A stretch of 16,195 nt of DNA from Nanohaloarchaea archaeon B1-Br10_U2g1. Lineage in GTDB: Archaea; Nanohalarchaeota; Nanosalinia; Nanosalinales; Nanosalinaceae. The stretch's first letter is position 1; each line of letters opens with the position of its first letter. Under the pieces are notes generated by a model that was not told the origin of the DNA, ran no database searches, and saw only the letters and a list, made by a program, of their open reading frames with translations. The stretch is from assembly GCA_001563875.1 (NCBI GenBank), contig LKMN01000018.1, positions 1 to 16,195 of the forward strand. The letters are read 5' to 3'. This document shows, one piece after another, positions 8,540 to 15,575 of this stretch. A program made the translations under genes and the position numbers.

Positions 8540-9604
8540 ATGGAGTTTATAGCCCTATCAGCTTTTCTAGGCTTTCTTGTAACTCTTGTAGGTACTCCTT
8601 TAGCTGAAAAGTATCTCGCCGCTTCAGGAATATATGGAAAAGATCAGAACAAGACCGGAAAACCTAAGATACCTACTTCAGGCGGACTCATAGTTTTAAT
8701 GGGTTTTTTAATATCAATAACCTTCTATGCCGGAGCCACATCAATCTTCACAGATACAATCGTAGACAAAGAGCTTTTGTTCGCCGCGCTTGCTTCAACA
8801 ATACTTATAGCTCTTATAGGTCTTGTAGATGACATACATATTGAGTCTTTAGCTTCTTCAGAGGATATTGAGATAGTTACAGGAGACAGTATACTCCACC
8901 AAAAAGCCGAGCTGATCCTTGGTTCTGGTGAAGCCGGAGAGGACCGTAAAGGTCTTTCACAGTCAGTCAAGATGTTGATGGTTCTGCCTGCAGCCTTTCC
9001 TTTGATCGCTGCCGGAGCAGGATCTTGGACGATGGTTCTTCCTGCTCTCGGAGAAGTTCAATGGGGTCTTATATACCCGCTGATACTGCTTCCCGTAGGA
9101 CTACTGTTTGTTTCAAATGTTGTGAACATGCTTGCAGGCACAAACGGTCTATCATCAGGTCTAAGCTTAGTAACGGCTTTAGGTCTTGGTATTTTCGGTA
9201 TTCTAAACGGACAGCTGGAGGCAGCTATGATTGCGTTTGGTCTTGCAGGAGCTCTAACAGGCTTCATCTGCTATAACTGGCCTCCCGCATCTATACTTCC
9301 AGGAGACTCTTTAACCTATCTCTGTGGCGCAGCTCTTTTCTCTACAATGGTAATCGGCGATATGGAAAAGTTCGGAGTCTTTGTGTTCGTCTTATGGTTT
9401 ATAGAGTTTTTCTTGAAGCTTAGAAGTCGTTTTAACGCCCATTCATGGGGTAAGCCAGATGGAGGGAGTCTCAAACCTCTTTATGATAAAAACTACTCTT
9501 TAACACATCCTTTGATGCGTAGAGGATTTACTGAGAGCCAGATAACAGCTACTCTTATCTTGGTTCAGATTTTTGTAGTTTTATTAGGCTTGATTTTACT
9601 TTAG
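8540..9604 (+). CDS. aglH: UDP-GlcNAc:dolichyl-phosphate GlcNAc-1-phosphate transferase (AglH/GPT/MraY, glycosyl transferase family 4)
   Basis: GKDQNK..KPKIPTSGG, IGLVDD, NVVNMLAGTNGL, YNWPPASILPGDS and EFFLKLR are GPT/DPAGT1-like motifs. Starts 3 nt after the aglB stop. The symbol is assigned by family resemblance. Confidence 0.85.
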   Translation: MEFIALSAFLGFLVTLVGTPLAEKYLAASGIYGKDQNKTGKPKIPTSGGLIVLMGFLISITFYAGATSIFTDTIVDKELLFAALASTILIALIGLVDDIHIESLASSEDIEIVTGDSILHQKAELILGSGEAGEDRKGLSQSVKMLMVLPAAFPLIAAGAGSWTMVLPALGEVQWGLIYPLILLPVGLLFVSNVVNMLAGTNGLSSGLSLVTALGLGIFGILNGQLEAAMIAFGLAGALTGFICYNWPPASILPGDSLTYLCGAALFSTMVIGDMEKFGVFVFVLWFIEFFLKLRSRFNAHSWGKPDGGSLKPLYDKNYSLTHPLMRRGFTESQITATLILVQIFVVLLGLILL

Positions 9605-9614
9605 AATTTTTAAC
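9598..9614 (+). repeat. 17-bp direct repeat, copy 1 (ACTTTAGAATTTTTAAC)
   Basis: 16/17 identical to 13180..13196. Spans the convergent stop codons of aglH and the cupin gene. Confidence 0.6.
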
Positions 9615-9972
9615 GTTTCTCTTCGTACGGATCTTCTATCCTGTTTATGTCCTCAGGTCTGTAAGGGAAGGATATCTCAAGCAGTTCAGCTACCTCGCCA
9701 CCTATATTCTGTATCTGATGTTTTTCTCCCGATCTAACGACAATTGCATTCCCCTTTTCCAGGTTCTTGATGTCTCCTTCCTTTCTTATGGATACATCTC
9801 CCTTCTCTAGATAAAGTATATCTGCCTGCTTGTCGTGGAAAGAGTAGGAGGTCATCTCTTCTGCATCTATAACCAGTTTACGAACTCCTAACATACCAGG
9901 TTTGTCTCCGATATCTACCTGAGTTATCATAACCTGTTCTTCGTACCCCCATGGCTTCTCAATCCTTGACAT
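9610..9972 (-). CDS. Cupin protein, mannose-6-phosphate isomerase type II C-terminal-like
   Basis: N-terminal EKPWG, S..FH (MTSYSFHDK), KHQIQN, LLEIS and C-terminal EDINRIEDPY, typical of standalone PMI-type-II cupins. Confidence 0.8.
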   Translation of the reverse strand: MSRIEKPWGYEEQVMITQVDIGDKPGMLGVRKLVIDAEEMTSYSFHDKQADILYLEKGDVSIRKEGDIKNLEKGNAIVVRSGEKHQIQNIGGEVAELLEISFPYRPEDINRIEDPYEEKR

Positions 9973-10023
9973 TGACGTTCCCTCTATACGGTTTAATGAT
10001 AAGCCAATCTTCTTATCTCTATC

Positions 10024-10953
10024 TTAGCGATAGTATCTAACAGTTTCTTTCAGTCCTTCTTTGAAGCTGTATCCAGGTCTGTAACCCATCAAGTCTTCGG
10101 CTCGAGAATAATCTGCCCTAGTAGTTTCCACATATTTATCTCTAGGGTTTTCAACATGCTTAGGCTCTATTTGGGTTTCAAGCACTTTGTTTAGCTTATT
10201 AACTGCTTCATTGAAAGTTATATCTTTACCAGTACCTATATTGAAGTGTTCACCATCCAGTTTCTCATCCTGTTCAGCGGCCAATATATTTGCTTTAACT
10301 ATATCTTTCACATAGGTGAAGTCTCTAGACTGTTCTCCCTCTCCCCATATAACAGGTCTCTCGCCCTTTTTCATCTTCCATAGAAACTGTGTGACTACAT
10401 TAGCATACTTTCCTTTTGACTTCTCTCTAGGACCGTAGACAGAGAAATATCTCAGGCCTGTAGTCTGTAAAAGATTATTGTAGGAGTATGCTTCGGCATA
10501 TCGTTCTCGCGACATCTTTGAAGCAGTATAGAGATTGGTAGGTATCTCTCCTGAGTCCTCTCTATGAGGAGGTTTCACGCTTCCATACATGGAGCTGGTG
10601 GACGCATAAACCACTTTTTCAACCTCTTCCTCTATGGCTGCTTCACAGGTGTTTACGAACCCTGCTACGTTAACATTCACGCCTTCAACAGGATTTTCTT
10701 TGTGCATCGGTGAAGAAGATCTAGCAGCCTGATGAAAAACTGTGTCACAGTCTCTTACAGCCTCTTTTACAGTTTCTTTATCAGTCACAGAACCCTTTAT
10801 GAACTCTATATCGTTTTTTACGTCTTCAAGATTAGATCTTGATCCTAGATATAGGTCATCAAGGACTTTGACCTCTTTGTCTTTAGAAACAAGTTCTTTA
10901 ACAATATTAGATCCTATAAAACCTGCTCCTCCTGTTACCAGTACCTTCTCCAT
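10024..10953 (-). CDS. NAD-dependent NDP-sugar epimerase/dehydratase (extended SDR, GalE/WbpP-like)
   Basis: TGGAGFIG Rossmann motif, HQAA, YASTSS, YTASK (YxxxK), LRYFSVYGP and GEQSRDFTYV. Confidence 0.92.
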   Translation of the reverse strand: MEKVLVTGGAGFIGSNIVKELVSKDKEVKVLDDLYLGSRSNLEDVKNDIEFIKGSVTDKETVKEAVRDCDTVFHQAARSSSPMHKENPVEGVNVNVAGFVNTCEAAIEEEVEKVVYASTSSMYGSVKPPHREDSGEIPTNLYTASKMSRERYAEAYSYNNLLQTTGLRYFSVYGPREKSKGKYANVVTQFLWKMKKGERPVIWGEGEQSRDFTYVKDIVKANILAAEQDEKLDGEHFNIGTGKDITFNEAVNKLNKVLETQIEPKHVENPRDKYVETTRADYSRAEDLMGYRPGYSFKEGLKETVRYYR

Positions 10954-10979
10954 ATTTTAACCTTTCCCATACATTCTTT

Positions 10980-11828
10980 TTATTCTAAGCTGATTTTCGT
11001 TGGTAGAGCTTCCATAGCCCCTTTCGAAGTTGTAGATACTGCTGCCGCCTCTACAGCCTTTTGGAGTGCTTTGGTCTTTCCTGCTTCTCTAAAAGCCAGA
11101 TAAGCTCCTGTCAGACAGTCTCCGGCGCCCGTCGTATCAACCACTTCTACGTTAGGAGGTTGGAACCGAGTCTCTTCTCCGCCGTGAACAAGCTCTGCAC
11201 CCTCTTCACCTTTTGTTATAACCAGTTCCTTTGGCTTCTCAACAACGTTTTTATCAAAGAATCTCAGTTCCTCTTCTGCAGCTATGAGGATATCTGTCTC
11301 TTCAATTATCTCGTTTAAAACCTGTCTGTAGCTCTCATCCAGAAGCTCTTCTCTTATATTAGGGTCAAAGCTTACTTTGGCATCAGTCTTTTTTAGGAAG
11401 TTGAGGATGTTGTCTGCAGAACTTTTATCAGTCCATGGAAGAGATCCTAGATGTACAATATCGTCTTTGCTGGGTTCTATATCTAGCTGTCTATTCCTTA
11501 TGTTTTCATCCGCATCTCTGTAAAAGCTGAAATGAGGTTTAGCCTCCTCGTCAAGCGCGACAAAAGCCAGTGTTGTTTTCCCTTCTCTTCCTATCTTATC
11601 TGTACCTACGTTTTCTTCTTTGAGTCTTTCAGCTAGAAAGTCTCCGAATTCGTCCTCCCCAACGGTTGCAACCATTTCCACATCCGCGCCAAGTCTAGAT
11701 GCTGCAACAGCTACGTTTGCGGGTGCTCCTCCAGCCCTCTTCAAGAATCCACAGTTTTCAGTTAAATCTTTTTCCTCCCTTCCTATCATGTCGACTAGAA
11801 GCTCTCCTATACAGTAAATCTTGGTCAT
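10980..11828 (-). CDS. PfkB-family carbohydrate kinase, fructokinase-like
   Basis: GELLVD, AGGAPANVA, VGEDEFG, SFDPNIR, ITKGEEG and VDTTGAGD signatures. Confidence 0.92.
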   Translation of the reverse strand: MTKIYCIGELLVDMIGREEKDLTENCGFLKRAGGAPANVAVAASRLGADVEMVATVGEDEFGDFLAERLKEENVGTDKIGREGKTTLAFVALDEEAKPHFSFYRDADENIRNRQLDIEPSKDDIVHLGSLPWTDKSSADNILNFLKKTDAKVSFDPNIREELLDESYRQVLNEIIEETDILIAAEEELRFFDKNVVEKPKELVITKGEEGAELVHGGEETRFQPPNVEVVDTTGAGDCLTGAYLAFREAGKTKALQKAVEAAAVSTTSKGAMEALPTKISLE

Positions 11829-12700
11829 CTGTAGGCCTCCACCGTCCTGTACTCTTCTGTTATATCTTCATATATATCAGCTATCTGCTCTGTGAAAGGA
11901 CCTTCTTGAACTATTTCAGGCTCTTCGAGTTCACTCAGGCCGTAATCCTGTCTACCAGACTCAATATATCTGAATGTCTCCTCTCTTGCCTCTTCAATCT
12001 CTTTACCGTTTAGAAGTTCTCTGGCAGCTATTGCTGAAGCTGTCCTTCCCCAGCCTTCAGAGTCGTCTGGGAAGTAGAGTGTAGAGTACTTTCTTGCTCT
12101 GTCTCTTCCAAATGCTTCCTCAGAGTTTTCCATTATCTCTTTATCATTTGAACTGTTTCCAAAGGCTATAGAGGTTACTTCTTCAGGTTTGTAGCCTTTT
12201 TCTTGCTCTAGAACCTTTAGCTTTTTCTGGCCTGAACAGTATCTTCCGACCTCTAGTCCTGATCCATTCTGTTTGATTCTGGCTCCGTACACCTCTGGTG
12301 CATCATCTTGAAGCAGCTGTTGAAGTGCGTGAAGCGGTGGCTCTTCAAGCCCTGCGGTTACAACTGTTATAGGTTGACCTAAATATCTGTTCAGATGTAG
12401 GAATCCATCGCCGTAGTCCTGTAGGAACGGTATCTGGGCCTCTTTAGCTATTCTATCCAATTCGTCTATATCTTCTGCTTCTTGAGAAACCGTGTATGCT
12501 AGAGAGTCCGCTGTGTTGAGCTCCTGTTTGTCAAATGTATCGACCATCTGTTCGAACTGTTCTACGTCTTCGAACCCTAGCTTGTAGCTTTCGGGATGTT
12601 CAGCAATATTTAGTCCTGTATCTCTTGTGGTTACCGTTTCGCAGTGGTCGGCCCAGATCTCTACCTGGTTTTCCGGGCCCTGACCGTCATCTAATGCCAT
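11825..12700 (-). CDS. HAD-superfamily hydrolase-like protein (subfamily IB / phosphoserine phosphatase-like) with non-canonical motifs
   Basis: Motif I-like WADHCET, motif II VVTAG, motif III Lys (QKKL) and motif IV-like FGNSSND. Overlaps pfkB by ATGA. Confidence 0.6.
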   Translation of the reverse strand: MALDDGQGPENQVEIWADHCETVTTRDTGLNIAEHPESYKLGFEDVEQFEQMVDTFDKQELNTADSLAYTVSQEAEDIDELDRIAKEAQIPFLQDYGDGFLHLNRYLGQPITVVTAGLEEPPLHALQQLLQDDAPEVYGARIKQNGSGLEVGRYCSGQKKLKVLEQEKGYKPEEVTSIAFGNSSNDKEIMENSEEAFGRDRARKYSTLYFPDDSEGWGRTASAIAARELLNGKEIEEAREETFRYIESGRQDYGLSELEEPEIVQEGPFTEQIADIYEDITEEYRTVEAYR

Positions 12701-12719
12701 AGTATTACGATGTAATACT
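12701..12719. promoter_or_regulatory. Perfect inverted repeat AGTATTAC-GAT-GTAATACT, candidate repressor operator
   Basis: Exact 8-bp arms with a 3-bp spacer. It abuts the HAD start codon (12700) and lies between that codon and the TATA-like box at 12725..12732. Confidence 0.7.
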
Positions 12720-12724
12720 TCTAG

Positions 12725-12732
12725 TTTTTAAA
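12725..12732 (-). promoter_or_regulatory. Putative TATA box of the HAD-pfkB transcript
   Basis: TTTAAAAA on - strand, 25-32 nt upstream of ATG 12700. Confidence 0.55.
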
Positions 12733-12784
12733 GGTTGTACTACAGCCCTTACGTTTATTACTTGAACAGATTCAAACCAGTAGT

Positions 12785-13186
12785 ATGAACAGACGTTTCC
12801 TAAAAGACACTTTAGCACGCGAGTCCCGAGCCTATGGATTCACTATTGCCTTCTGGGGATCAGGAGCCATGATACTAAACCAGCTAGGGGTACCTACAGC
12901 TCTAGAGATAATCACATTCGGAATAGGATCAGTTCTTGGATTCGGCTTACTAACGCTTTACGTATACCGTGACGCTCTGAATCCGGTTAAAGATGAAGAC
13001 GTTAAGATAGTGGCTCTAAGTATGATTCATTACATTGCTGCAGTTATACCTATAGTAGGAGCTTACTTCCTGGCCAGTCTTCCTGGGTTGTGGGCATATC
13101 TAACCACAGGAATGTTAACCTCTATAGGCTACAACCTTGGTATGGTTATAGAAGAGCGTTTAGCTGAAAAACTAGTCGAACTTTAG
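12785..13186 (+). CDS. Hypothetical membrane protein (133 aa, about 4 TM)
   Basis: Four hydrophobic segments and an ES.AYGFT...WGSGA motif. TTTATTA at 12754..12760 is at TATA spacing. Confidence 0.8.
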   Translation: MNRRFLKDTLARESRAYGFTIAFWGSGAMILNQLGVPTALEIITFGIGSVLGFGLLTLYVYRDALNPVKDEDVKIVALSMIHYIAAVIPIVGAYFLASLPGLWAYLTTGMLTSIGYNLGMVIEERLAEKLVEL

Positions 13187-13196
13187 AATCTTTAAC
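13180..13196 (+). repeat. 17-bp direct repeat, copy 2 (ACTTTAGAATCTTTAAC)
   Basis: 16/17 identical to 9598..9614. Spans the convergent stop codons of the membrane protein and RHH-NTase genes. Confidence 0.6.
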
Positions 13197-13935
13197 CTAC
13201 TTCCAGCCATTTGCCGCCGTATATATAGCCGTAGAGCTCAGATGTAGCTGCAAGACTCTCAAAAACAGACTCAAGATTCGAGCCGTTTAAACGGGAAAAA
13301 ATTGACGGAGAGACAATATAGGTACCTGAATTTATCAGTCTTGAAGGCTCCTCTCCTTTACTTGGCTTCTCCTCGAAACCCAGTATCTCTCTTCCTTTTA
13401 AACGGGCTACACCGTAGTTGGAAGGGTTTTCTACAGTTGTCAGCGCCATAGTGGCTACAGCATCTTCATCCTCATGTACCTTCAACATATCCCTTATATC
13501 TACATCCGCAGCCACATGGCCGTTCAGAACCACAAGATCCTCATTAACCTTGCTCTCAATCTTTGAGAGTGCTGAGGCAGTACCTTCCGGTTCATCCTCA
13601 AAAACATACTCCAGAGCTATTCCTCGGTACTCCGAACCGAACTGGTTCTCTATCTCACGGTTTCTGCCCACCAAGAGTATAGTTCTGTTTATTCCCTGAG
13701 ATCTTAGATGGTCAAGTATATGGCTCAGAACCGGTTTTCCTTCCACCAATTCCAGAGTCTTGGATTCGGCTCCACCACATAGAACTGCTGCTGTACCGAC
13801 ACCTTTCCTCTTAAAATGGCTCTCAACTATCTGCTCAACCATGGAGGAGCGGTTCAAACCTTTATCCTCCGCCTCCAGATCAACTTTCTCAACAAGCTCT
13901 CTCTCCAAGGTTAGAGAGATCCTTTTCTTAGACAT
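13192..13935 (-). CDS. Ribbon-helix-helix (CopG/NikR-like) domain fused to a degenerate sugar-phosphate nucleotidyltransferase domain
   Basis: aa 1-42 KRISLTLERELVEKVD..AEDKGLNRSSMVEQIV is an RHH pattern. The rest has NTP_transferase motifs GKPVL.H, EPEGTA, YGV, FEEKP and INSGTY, but the GxGTR..P motif is missing. Confidence 0.85.
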   Translation of the reverse strand: MSKKRISLTLERELVEKVDLEAEDKGLNRSSMVEQIVESHFKRKGVGTAAVLCGGAESKTLELVEGKPVLSHILDHLRSQGINRTILLVGRNREIENQFGSEYRGIALEYVFEDEPEGTASALSKIESKVNEDLVVLNGHVAADVDIRDMLKVHEDEDAVATMALTTVENPSNYGVARLKGREILGFEEKPSKGEEPSRLINSGTYIVSPSIFSRLNGSNLESVFESLAATSELYGYIYGGKWLEVG

Positions 13936-14024
13936 TAATCGAAATATAGTCTTACCAATTTTTTAACTCTAACAGCCTCCTAAAATAAGAAGACTCCTGA
14001 CTCAAAGAAACGTTGTAAGTCGTC

Positions 14025-14834
14025 ATGACGAAGATTGTTGACGGAAATAGAATAGCTGAAGAAGTCGAGAAACAGCTTGAAACAGGTATCAAACCGTTGC
14101 TCGGGATAATACTTGTTGGAGACAGAAAGACTTCGGAAGTGTTCGTGGAGAAGAAGGTTGAAGCCTGTGAGAGAAACGGTTACAGATCACGAGTAAAAAC
14201 CTTTCCCGAGGACGTGGAACAAGAAGCTCTAAAAGAAGCTATAGAAGACTGGAACAGAGACACGGAAGTAAACGGTATTCTAGTGCAGCTCCCTCTACCC
14301 AAACATATAGAAGAAAACCAACTGTTCAAAAATCTGAAACCTGCGAAAGATGTTGACGGCTTAACACCTGAAAATCTTGGAAAAATTCTTAGAGGCTGTG
14401 AAGACGTGGTTCCTGCAGCTGTCTCAGCTATAATAGAGATAATAGAACAGAAAGGCATCAGGATAGAGACTGAAGACGTCGTAATCATAAACAACAGCTC
14501 TTTGATCGGAAAACCATTATCAATGGCTCTTACAAATAGAGGTGCAACAGTCAGCTTGTGTCATAAAAAAACTGAGAATTTAGAGAAGTATACCCAGGAC
14601 GCAGATATGATAATAACTGCTACCGGAGAACCCGGTCTGATAGAAGACGAAATGCTTTCTGAAAATGCTTTGGTCATTGATGCAAGCTACGGATTTATCG
14701 ACGGGAGCCTTGTATCAGATACCAAGGATCTAGAGGAAGATGTAGATTTAACTCCTGTGCCCGGAGGAGTAGGTCCCGTAACAGTAGCTAAAACACTTGA
14801 AAACCTGGTCAAATGTTACCGTAAACAGGTTTAA
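14025..14834 (+). CDS. folD: Methylenetetrahydrofolate dehydrogenase/cyclohydrolase FolD
   Basis: IVDG..IA, KKVEAC, VNGILVQLPLP, KDVDG, ATVSLCH, ADMIITATG and TPVPGGVGPVT. Confidence 0.95.
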   Translation: MTKIVDGNRIAEEVEKQLETGIKPLLGIILVGDRKTSEVFVEKKVEACERNGYRSRVKTFPEDVEQEALKEAIEDWNRDTEVNGILVQLPLPKHIEENQLFKNLKPAKDVDGLTPENLGKILRGCEDVVPAAVSAIIEIIEQKGIRIETEDVVIINNSSLIGKPLSMALTNRGATVSLCHKKTENLEKYTQDADMIITATGEPGLIEDEMLSENALVIDASYGFIDGSLVSDTKDLEEDVDLTPVPGGVGPVTVAKTLENLVKCYRKQV

Positions 14835-15496
14835 TCCCTTCTTATCTCTATATCAACAAAGTATTTCTGTCCGTAAAGCTCAAAGTACGCATTTTTACGT
14901 GGCGGAAAACTAAGCGCTCTCAACCGGTCCAGAAACTGTCCGGCGGTTACTTCCTCGTTCAGATCGATTCTGCGAAGCTCTTCTAGCTCTCTACTGTAAT
15001 GCTTGTTTCCCTTACCTGTCTGTGGTTTAGGAGACATACCTTCTTTGATATCTTTCCAACTCTCCTTGAAAAGCTGGACTCCTTCACTGGTTAAACGCTG
15101 GTAAAGAGTTTTACCGGCATCCTCAGGAGTTACCCTTACCTCTTTCTTATCTATTATAGGGCCTTCATCTATCTCTTCAGTCATGTAATGCAGTGTTACA
15201 CCGGCCGGTGTCTCCTCAACCATACTCCAGATATATGGATGCGCTCCTTTGTTATAAGGAAGATATGATGGATGAAGGTTGACTATGCCTTGGTCAGGGA
15301 CTTCAATTATCTCCTTGGGAACTTTATGTTCAAATCCGGCTGAGACAACCAAGTCCGGCTCCAGTTTTTTAACAAGTTCTAGCTGCTCTTTCTCGGTTAG
15401 AAGCGCTTTAACCTCTACATCGTCTCTCTGGTTAAGCCATTCGTAGATCTCTTCACCTGCATCGTTCAGACCAAGGAAAACAGTTTTCAGAACCAT
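14831..15496 (-). CDS. 10-formyl-THF-dependent formyltransferase, NDP-amino-sugar N-formyltransferase type; start probably 15496 (track 15523)
   Basis: VNLHPSYLPYNKG.HP, GVTLHYM...IDEGPII (Asn/His/Asp triad), and a short C-terminus RLRALSFPP.KNAYF resembling VioF-type sugar formyltransferases. Too short to be Fmt. Confidence 0.85.
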   Translation of the reverse strand: MVLKTVFLGLNDAGEEIYEWLNQRDDVEVKALLTEKEQLELVKKLEPDLVVSAGFEHKVPKEIIEVPDQGIVNLHPSYLPYNKGAHPYIWSMVEETPAGVTLHYMTEEIDEGPIIDKKEVRVTPEDAGKTLYQRLTSEGVQLFKESWKDIKEGMSPKPQTGKGNKHYSRELEELRRIDLNEEVTAGQFLDRLRALSFPPRKNAYFELYGQKYFVDIEIRRD

Positions 15497-15575
15497 AAAT
15501 GTTTCTAGCCGGTTAAACTTCAATTAACTACCGGATCCGAAAAACTATTATCTTCTTAACTACAACCGGTTTTAC

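Noticed and set aside
9610-13935. NDP-heptose pathway (kinase + HAD phosphatase + epimerase + nucleotidyltransferase resembles HldA/GmhB/HldD/HddC)
   Set aside because: The PfkB has fructokinase-type motifs and lacks HldA's PEAPVP, the HAD lacks GmhB's DRDG motif, there is no GmhA/SIS gene, and the NTase looks inactive.
13800-13935. RHH domain as the antitoxin of a toxin-antitoxin pair
   Set aside because: It is fused in frame to the NTase domain, and there is no adjacent PIN- or RelE-type toxin.
6381-14494. Remaining short nested ORFs (6381, 7120, 7662, 8725, 9025, 9058, 10742, 11061, 11620, 11699, 13418, 13760, 14180)
   Set aside because: They are nested in or antisense to recognised genes, lack motifs and do not show the acidic composition of the real proteins.
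14831-15496. Annotation as methionyl-tRNA formyltransferase (fmt) or PurN
   Set aside because: It lacks the Fmt C-terminal tRNA-binding domain, archaea do not use fMet initiation, and the C-terminal motif and context favour a sugar formyltransferase.
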